Positions 54,856 through 64,000 of a stretch of 64,000 nucleotides of DNA are shown one piece after another. Origin of the DNA: Eledone cirrhosa (lineage: Eukaryota). Location: positions 363,816,001 through 363,880,000 of the forward strand of contig OZ024740.1 in NCBI GenBank assembly GCA_964016885.1. Reading direction: 5' to 3'. A model generated the notes under the pieces. The model had not been told where the DNA came from, did no database searches, and worked only from the letters and a program-made list of their open reading frames with translations. Each line of letters starts with the position of its first letter. Within the stretch, counting starts at the first letter, position 1. Position numbers and translations under genes: made by a program.

Positions 54856-55374
54856 GTATGTTAACCAGTTATTTTTATATCAAGGAGCCAAGTGTTCAGT
54901 GAAGCTTAGTGGTTAGGGATTTTTGCTCACAGCCATAAAGTCAAGAGTTCCATTCCCAGAAGAGAATTTTCCTTGAGCAAGACACTTTATTTCATATTGC
55001 TTTAGTCCACTCAACAGAAAAAAAAAATTAGTTGTACCTGCAATTAAAAAGGCCAGTCTTGTTAAACACTCTGTCACACTAAATTTTCCTTAGCACTATG
55101 CTGAAGGTGCATTTGTGAGTATTCATGTGTGTGTCTATGTGTGTGTGTGAGTATATATATATATATATAGTATATATGATTCAATGAATTACTGGTTGTG
55201 GTACCAGTATGAGCACTCGATGCATAGGCAGAGTGTAAATATTAAGAAAAATTATGAACTTCTGTTTACATGTACTTTGGTTTTTATTGTGTACTGTTCG
55301 GTTATGTGTGAAACACAACAAGTTTTTACACAATAAAAAATTAAATACACACAAACAAAACTTCATCGTTTTTC

Positions 55375-55426
<52 letters not shown>

Positions 55427-56736
55427 TTCATTTGTATATATATGGTTCATGTGTATATATTAATGTGTGTGTGTGCGTGATGCCATATTGTGTTAAAAAC
55501 ATTGATTCTCATTTGATCACTGAAGATAAGCAACACATGAAACCAAGTTAATAATTACACAGGTGATTGTTTGAGAAATCTAGTTGCTCTAACTTCCTTA
55601 ACCTTGTGAAAGCACATGGCCTAGTAGTTAGGATATTATACTCACTGTCATTGGGTCATGGGTTCATTTCCAGTTTCTGGTGGTATGTTATGCTTTTGAG
55701 CAAAATACTTTATTGTAGGTTGATCCTTCTGCCAGAAGTTTTGGCCAGCAAATAATATCAGCAGTAGAAACACCATTTTAAAAACAATGTTTCCTTGGTC
55801 CAATCTGATGATCAACTTTGCAACTAGCACATAGTATCAACAATAGAAAAATTAATGGAAACATTGTTTGCTTAGTCTGACAGAATGACTGGCTCCTTTT
55901 ATCCTCCCCCCCCCCCCCCCCCCCCAAAAAAAACTGTGAAGTTATTTTACACTGTTTTACATGCAGCATTCTATGCTTGCTTTCTTTTGAAATAATATAT
56001 ATTATATTGAATTTGAGAATAGTTTCCAGAGCATTCAGGGAATGCTGCTTATACTAGACTAATGTTATTCTTCATCTGTTTAATGTCATTAACCCTTTTG
56101 ATAACAAGTTATCTGAAACTGCCTCTGGTATTACATACAATGCTGCCTGTTTTAACTCTTAACACCCTGTACTGCATAAAACCACATTGCCAAGACATTT
56201 TTGAAAATACAAAATAGCACTATAACTGCATCACATTAAAAATTAAAGACTTTACTCTAATAATGTAAAACATTTTTTTCAATGATAAATCCACTTTTAA
56301 AGATATAAATCCAAATTCCTGATTATTTTTTAAATTATTTAAAACACACCCAATGTATTTCATGAGAAATATGATCATGAAAAGGTTAAAGTTGGGAATA
56401 GACACCAGGTCTTCAGGGATTGCTATCTGTAGTAGACTAATGCTATTTTTCATCTATTGATCACTTAACACCTTGTCATGGATTAGCAGAAAATATCTAA
56501 CAATGGGTTTGTTAATTCAAATGTTTAAAATATATTGGACAAATTGTTGTGAAAAGTTGCAGTGAACAAAAATAAAGATTTTAATATTTAATCTAATTCA
56601 GTGCTGTTTTATAATTTTCAAGAATGTGTTGCTAATATGGTTTCATGTGATACAAAAGCAGTGATAAGTACTAATAGCCTTATGAAGGTTTCAGAACTTT
56701 GAAGATATTTATGCTGTTCTGTTTTCTTTTGATTAG

Positions 56737-56877
56737 GAGACTGTCACTTTGAATTAAATGCCTGTGGTTGGAAGAATAAGCGTGAAAACACTATTTTTTG
56801 GGAGAGAGTAACTGGTCAAACTATATATCGCCGGGAACATCGTATAATTAAAGATCACACCTACAATGCTTCAAATA
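56737..56877 (+). CDS. Multi-MAM protein exon 12 (start of MAM-E)
   Basis: gattag|GA acceptor, A|gtaaat donor. GDCHFELNACGWKN...W...KDHT. Phase 1/1. Confidence 0.9.
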
Positions 56878-56917
56878 GTAAATATTTAATTATTTTATTC
56901 TTGTACTGGTTTCAGAC

Positions 56918-57243
56918 AGTTCCAGTCATTTTGAACGAAGTTATTTTGCAGCAAATATTGGATCAGGAGCAAATTTTAAATGTACCATATCTAGGAGGCG
57001 AAGAGCTATGGGGAACTAACCCATCTCCTCAATCAGCTGCATCCATCATTATTTCAGAATCCAGGCGAAAAGGATAATATTTTTTGGCACAAATGGAGTC
57101 TTACCTGGCTGAAAGACAATCGTCACAGATTAGCTGATGGAACTTTCAAAATGGCTCAAACTGACATTGCTTAACAGGCATTGTTCAGAATGCACATAAT
57201 TTTAACTTTGCTCAACTTGAATTCGCTCAAACGACTGGATACA
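56918..57243 (+). mobile_element. Internally deleted MULE/Mutator-like element with 9-bp TSD
   Basis: TSD GTTTCAGAC at 56909-56917 and 57244-57252. TIR tccagtc.ttt.ga / tcaaacgactgga. Remnant RIIFFGT...LADGTFKMA. Confidence 0.75.
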
Positions 57244-57484
57244 GTTTCAGACATTAAACTGTGGACATACTGGGGCATTGTAATGATTTAGTCAATCATA
57301 TTGATTAGAATACTTGCTTTTCATGTCCAGTGCATATATTATTCATCTATATTTTGTTGAACTGCTAATTTATGAGACAGACACAGACACACTTGCATAT
57401 ATAAATAGGTATGCATGTATGTATATAGATATACGTGTGTGTGTATGTATACATATATGTGTGTGTGTGTGTGTGTGTATGTAT

Positions 57485-58110
57485 ATCATCATTACCATTT
57501 AACATGCATTTTTCAATGCTAGCATGGGTTAGACGAGTTGTCCCATTGTGAGACTGGTCAGATCAGATTACCATGTCTTGCTCATACAGAATTGTTTCTG
57601 ACTTGATTTCTACAGCTGCCCTTTCTAGTGACAACCACATTTACAGTGTAGACTGGCCACTTTTTGTCACAGCAACAAAACGACCACTTTGCAATGTGGA
57701 CTTGGCACATTTTGTCACAGCACCAAAATGACCACTTTACTGTGTGGACTGGGCAAATTTTGTCACAGCACCAAAATGACCACTTTACTTTGTGGACTGG
57801 TTGCTTTTAGTCACAGCACCAACACGCCCATTTTATAGAGTGGGCCAGGCAATTTTTGTCATGTCACTAACACAACCACTTTACAGGTTAGACAGGGTGC
57901 CCTGATAAAATGCCCTCAGTACACTCTGTAAAGTGGTAATGCTGTTGGCATGATAAAATGCACACAATTAAGATTACTAGTGTTAGGAAGAGCATCTGGC
58001 TATAGAAACCATCTAAAATATGGGAGATATGAGCAAGATGACATCTCTTCAACATGTAGCAACTCATCCTATCCATACCAACATGGAAATAGGCTGTAAA
58101 ATGATGATGA
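57485..58110. repeat. Head-to-head pair of RTE-tail/48-bp-minisatellite elements
   Basis: A minus copy with about 5 units joins a plus copy ending aaaatgatgatg. Confidence 0.7.
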
Positions 58111-58194
58111 AACAAGGATCACAAAGAAATACAATAAGTGAAAGTATTAATATTGTTATTCTGCTGTGTTAAAATGAATCCAATTTTTTTTCAG

Positions 58195-58352
58195 GTTATA
58201 TGATGTACATTAGTGTATCCCATACCAAAAGCAAAACAACAGGAAATTTCATTTCGGTTTCTTTGGATCCACCAAGTGATACTGGCCTTTGTGTAAAGTT
58301 TTGGTACATTGTGTATGGAAGCAATATAGGAAATCTTTCTGTTCTCATGCAG
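58195..58352 (+). CDS. Multi-MAM protein exon 13 (middle of MAM-E)
   Basis: tttcag|GT acceptor, CAG|gtatgt donor. YMMYI...CVKFWYIVYGSNIGNLSV. Phase 1/0. Confidence 0.9.
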
Positions 58353-59394
58353 GTATGTTGTCTACTTACTATGTTCTAACATATAATTCTGGAGATTCTT
58401 ACACCAGAGATGCTAAATCTGCATACTCAGCTGCAATATCATCATTACCATCACCACCATCATCACCACCATGTTTATGCTAGTGCAATTATTTCTGCTG
58501 CACACTGTATGTGATTCCTCTTGTATATAGTTTTAGTTTTCCTCTCCTCTGTACCCCAGGACCGACGTGCCCTAGGCTCAGAGCCCAATCACCTTTCCCC
58601 TCCCCATTCTTCCATGACACGAGAGCCCTTGCCTTTCTCTTCCTTTTCCATTTTTTATATTTTCTCATTTGTTAAGAAATTATTCGATCTGATTGACATT
58701 TATATGATATTTTGAGTTATCAACCTTGCCTATATATATATATATATATATTAGCATATAGTTCTCATGGACAGGGGATTTTAAACTCCTCTGTTATAAC
58801 CTAGAAAACTAAGAAACAGGAGGGGACTGAGAGCCATGCTTTGATAGATACCTACATGCACACTAACTTCCTCGCAGAATTCCTTGCCCACCCTCACTTT
58901 ACTGGTGACATATCTGTACATGGCTAGGTAGAGTGGATTACTCTTAGCTGAGAAATTAAGGAATTAAATTCAGCTGTAGCGGCTTAAAATCTAAATACTG
59001 TAAACTTATTTTAAATCCTTTGCAGAAAAATAAATTTTAAAAAATATATTTTTAGCGTTAAAATAGTTTTGATTTTAACAAACAATAACTGAAAATCTAA
59101 CAAGTGCGCAATAAGTATTTTAAAACCACTTTCCCTTATAAAGCATAAGTTAGCCTTGCAGATCCCATAACATGCGTCTTACTTATGGTAATGTTTTAAA
59201 ACCATATTCCATTCCTGCTGTGAACCCTTTTAATCACCTCATACAATATACACGCACCCACACACCCACATATACATACAACCATGGAAAATAGTAGTTA
59301 AACTGTGATGATATATATATATATAAATATTGTATATATATATATATATATTGTATATATATATATATATATATTGTATATATATATATATATA

Positions 59395-60150
59395 CAAACT
59401 AACAGGTAGGGAGAAATGGCAAACTAACAGGTAGGGAGAAATATGTATGCAGTAGATGTACAGGGAAATTAGACAGTAGAAGTCGCATTGATAGACACAT
59501 TTTTCAAATGCAGGAGGGCGCTATAGAAGTGGTGGATAGCTTCCGGTACCTAGAAGATCAAATTAGCATGGGAGGAGGGTGTTCCGAGGCCATAGTATCT
59601 AGAATAAGGACGGGTTGGAAGAAGTTTAGGGAGCTGCTTCCTCTGTTGATGAAGAAGGGTTTCTCCCTGCATCCGAAGGCCGGTTGTATGATGCCTGTGT
59701 GAGAGCGTGATGCTGCATGGTAGTGAGACATGGGCAGCAACTGCAGAGGATATGCGACGGCTGGAGAGAAATGAGGCAAGCATGCTCCATTGGATGTGCA
59801 GTGTAAATGTGCGTGAACGACCCAGCATAAATGTGTTGAGAGAGAAACTGTGTCTGAGAGGGATAAGTTGTGGTGTGTAGGAGAGAAGGCTGAGATGGTA
59901 TGGACATGTGATGCGCATGGAGGATGACCGATGGGTGAAGAAGTGCCAGGAAATGCCAGTTGAAGGAAGACGTGGTAGAGGTAGACCACGAAAAACATGG
60001 GCGGAGGTGGTGAGAACAGACCTCAGATCATTGAAGCTCACAGTGGAGATGACGAAGGACCATGACGAGTGGAGAGATGCTGTGCTGAATAAGACCCGTC
60101 CCACCCTTGCAAGCAGGGAAAAGCGGACGTAAAATGATGATGATGATGAT
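59395..60150 (+). mobile_element. RTE LINE 3' fragment, short-tail subfamily
   Basis: VVDSFRYL, WKKFRELLPLL, RLRWYGHV. The ORF runs into gcaagcagggaaaagcggacgtaaaa(tga)n. Confidence 0.88.
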
Positions 60151-60842
60151 ACACACAGAAGACCTACATTCCCACGTGCACGGGTTGAAGCATACATATT
60201 GAATGCACTACATGCCTTCCATCGCATCCACAACCTAACGACCCCCCCCCCCCCATCCAAGCCCATCCCCCTCTTGCACCTCCCATTCCTGAACACGACC
60301 CCCCCCCACGCCCCTAGATCTACCATTCCAATCCCCCCTCAGTTCCCAGCCCACACTGTAAAGTGGTCATGTAAGTATGTATATGTATATATATATATAC
60401 ATATCTTTATATATATATATATATATATATATGACATACCTCTACGGTCTTGATATTTCAATATATATATAAATATAATCTGAGTTTTTCGAATATTCAT
60501 TTCATTCATTCATTTCATTTTACGTCCACTTTTCCCTGCTTGCAAGGGTGGGACAATATTAATAATAGTATTCGATTCATTTGCAATTATGCAAACAACC
60601 TCTTTAAGCCATGTCAGTAGAATGACCTCATCATTCTAGCGCTTATGCTGGCATATAAACAGAATGGCAGACACTACTGTTTCTAGGTTATTACTTTTCA
60701 TCAGTACCATATACTTCTTACCTGCCAACTGTCACAACTAGTGAAAATATGTGATATTTTCTGAAATACAGTGACTAATTGGCCTGATTTGCATATTAGC
60801 AGACCGACTGATCAGCCAGATTTGCATTTTGCCATATTCAGA

Positions 60843-60997
60843 TAACTAACAAATAGTTTTATTGCTCTACATGGCTGAATACAATAAATGTAATCTGAGT
60901 TTTTCGGATATATTGGCCTGAATACATATTAGCAGACTGCCTGATCAGATTACATTTATTGTATTCAGCCTTGTAGAGCAATAAAACTATTTGTTAG

Positions 60998-61000
<3 letters not shown>
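60843..61000. repeat. 56-bp inverted repeat (MITE-like)
   Basis: 60843-60898 versus 60945-61000, one mismatch. Confidence 0.8.
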
Positions 61001-61037
<37 letters not shown>

Positions 61038-61469
61038 AAGATGAATATAAAATGAAAGTGCTTTTTTTAAAAAAGGAATTTATTAGGTATTGACATATGT
61101 TTCTGTAACAGACGGAATACCTATGTACCGCTGCTTGCGTAATCATATAATGTTAGCAAGTATTCGATAGCAAATGTATAAACAGTTGTCACTTCTTCAG
61201 AGATTTTGGATAAATTGGATAAAATCAGAAAGATTGAAGTATTTATATTAGTAATAGAGGAAGAAGAGAGGGGATAGTATATGACAGATGGTAATTCAAT
61301 TTACTGCTAAACAAGTATATAAAGGGTTTCTAATGAGAATACAATGAGTAAATGGTTTATTTTATCTAAATAAGAATTTTTGGGAGTGCCAATTTTAATC
61401 TATACTTGACCCATTGGACATTGGACACAGATAGCTCTCCATGGCTTAGCCTTACTCTTTTTTAAACTC

Positions 61470-62300
61470 TCCTAGACCTCACTCATAAGCCAGTGACCAC
61501 TGCCCAATCTACTGAAATAACTGTAGGGTTCTGTGTTCAGAATACTATTCTGCCACTTCCTCCTCTCCAGAATGAAATCAATCTGGGACTTGGTCAGATG
61601 CATATCAGAGATGTAGGTCCATATCTTCCCCAGCTTCTTCCTAAACCTTAGGTTGGTTGCCATCAGGTTCGCCTCCAGCAGGGTGTCCCTCAGTAGTCTC
61701 CTGTTTCAGTTGGTATTGTCATGGAAGTACCAGCAGGGATCTTCACTACTCTCCTTACTCAGATGTGCATTGAAGTCACCCAGAACAAGCAGGATGTTGT
61801 GAGCTTGTATGGTGAACACACTTCCTCATGGAACTCCTCTGCACTATCATCACTGTCCCCCTCAGTTGTACTATAGGCTGCGATGACTGTCATCCTTGGG
61901 TCTCCATTGAAGATAACATTCAAAACTCTCGGGGAGACAGGTATAATCTCCCTCACTAATAGGTTGGCTCCTACACTCAAAACAAGCCCCACTCCTCCTA
62001 CTGCAACATTAGCTGATGAGCTGGCTCCTCCTTCCAATCATCGTTCTCTTTATGGGCTCATCATGTAGGATCCCGTGTTCTTGGGTCACAAGGATCAGCA
62101 TACCACTTTCCTCAAACAGATAACACAGTTTCTTTCTTTTCTCCAGCACCCTAACAGTCCTCACATTTAGAGTCCCAATTTTAATGGCTCTTCTGCAGGA
62201 CAAAACTGAGTTCTTTATATTTTTCTGTCTCAGAGACAACCCATCCATTATTCACTGACCCTCCCTGCTCCTTGGCAGTGTAGTTAGAAGCTCTAACCCT
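61470..62300 (-). mobile_element. LINE 5' fragment, APE endonuclease (RTE-like)
   Basis: IGTLNVRT, QEH, GGVGLVL, IAAYS, LGDFNAH, SQIDFIL. Confidence 0.8.
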
Positions 62301-63008
62301 AGTGCTGTTAATTATAATCTCCATGGTGCTTAAATAATTACCTTACATGAGTGGTGCCAGTAAGGTATTATCAGTGATGTATATATATTTTTTAATGTGC
62401 TTTTATATTTATTTATACTGCCAGGTAACAAAATCTGTATAGAACACCTTACACATCTCCACCTACCTTAATACACCATTATATCATAACAAAGACCATG
62501 ATTATATAATTCATGGAAGAGAAAGAGAGGAAGGAAGAGGACATTGATATGCTAACAATTGCCATATCAAAACTGGGTGAATAATCACTCACTCCAAATA
62601 TTGTGTAGAAAATAACTTGAGAGCTAAGAACAATAAATACTGACATAAATACTGAATATAAAACATTATGGATGTAAGATATGTTGTTTCATTAACCTGG
62701 TGGATTGGTAGAATCAGTAGAGCATTGCAAAACATGCTTTGTGGCATATAGTTACATCCTTTTACATTCTGAGTCAAAATCCTGCCACAGTTAGATTTCC
62801 CTTTCATCCTTAAAGGGTTGATAAAGTAAAGCACCAGTAATGCATAAATGTATATATGTATATATATATGTATGTATTTATATGTATATATATATGAGTA
62901 TATATGTATATATATATATATGTGTATATATATATGTGTGTGTGTATATAATATATATATATGTGTGTATATATATATGTATGTATAATACATATATATT
63001 TTTGTGCG

Positions 63009-63042
<34 letters not shown>

Positions 63043-63044
<2 letters not shown>

Positions 63045-63408
63045 TCATCATCATTTAATATTCATCTTCGATGCTAGCATGGGTTGGATGGTTTTGTTCC
63101 ACTTCAGGCAGGATTGGTCGAGTGATCGTGTCTTGCGTGTACAGAACTGTCCCTGGTAGGTTTTCTACAGCTGGATGCCCTTCCTAACACCAACCACATT
63201 TACAGTGTGGACTAGGAGATTTTTTACCAGTACTCACTGTAAATGAGGTTTTTATTAGGAAATGCATGCAGCTGTAGAACCCAACCCAAAATCAGTTCTG
63301 TATGAGCAAAACATGGTCACCTGACCTAACATTGCCCACAACAGGACAACTCATCTAACCCATGCCAGCATGGAGAAATGGATGTAAAACGATGATGATG
63401 ATGATGAT
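63043..63408. repeat. Head-to-head pair of RTE-tail elements
   Basis: (CAT)n...core...tttacagtg joins cactgtaaa...core...(GAT)n. Confidence 0.75.
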
Positions 63409-63791
63409 ATATATATATATCTATATATTCACACATATACATATATGCACCAACCCTTTTAGTTACCTATGATATGCAAAGATGTGGTGTACTTATTCTC
63501 AACCAGATACAATTCTATAAAAGCAAAATACTTTTGACTATATATTCTAATGCAGGTTACTTTGTGTGCTTATCTCAGATTCCATCATTGTTATCATTTA
63601 GTATCTACTGACGCTTTTGTGAAATTTTACTGTAAACTAAAAGAATTTTTAATGTAATGTAGTCATAGTGCTGTTTTGTACTTCTCAAGAATGTTTTACT
63701 ATTGCGCTTTCCTGTTGTACAGAACTTCACAAATTAATATGAATCAAAGCATTTTATAAACATTTATGTTTTTATTTTTGTTTAATTTAAG

Positions 63792-63975
63792 ACTACAACT
63801 CAAAATATAACAATGTGGAAATTATCTGGTTCCCAAAATACTGCATGGTCAGAAGGATCTTTCTACCTGAAAACTGATTCTGCATTCACACTAGTATTAA
63901 GGGCTGACATAGAGGAGAATGCAAATGGATATATAGCCATAGATGACATCAACTATTATTCAAAATATTGTGTTG
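63792..63975 (+). CDS. Multi-MAM protein exon 14 (end of MAM-E)
   Basis: tttaag|ACT acceptor (AAG), G|gtaagt donor. MWKLSGSQNTAW...GYIAIDDINYYSKYC. Phase 0/1. Confidence 0.85.
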
Positions 63976-64000
63976 GTAAGTTGATCTTCATAATTCATTG

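Overview
AT-rich, microsatellite-dense eukaryotic genomic DNA; its repeat content suggests a coleoid cephalopod such as Octopus (inference). One host gene crosses the whole window on the + strand. I assembled 14 internal exons (595-63975, 2394 nt, 798 codons, reading frame continuous across all splice junctions) encoding five tandem MAM domains, the first incomplete; start and stop lie outside the window. The introns hold many mobile elements: a full-length but decayed Tx1-type LINE plus fragments, a near-intact R4/Dong-type element plus fragments, several RTE LINE families, tRNA-headed SINEs (CORE-like and Meta-like), RTE-tail elements carrying a 48-bp minisatellite, and DNA transposon relics (Ginger-like, piggyBac-like, MULE, hAT). 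The most notable pattern is a microsatellite-targeting retroelement guild. Dong elements, Tx1 elements and a SINE with a Tx1-like 3' end insert repeatedly into (AAT)n tracts in fixed orientations, with target-site duplications. A sister Tx1 lineage appears to use (ATCT)n instead. Family names come from motif recognition only; no database search was run.
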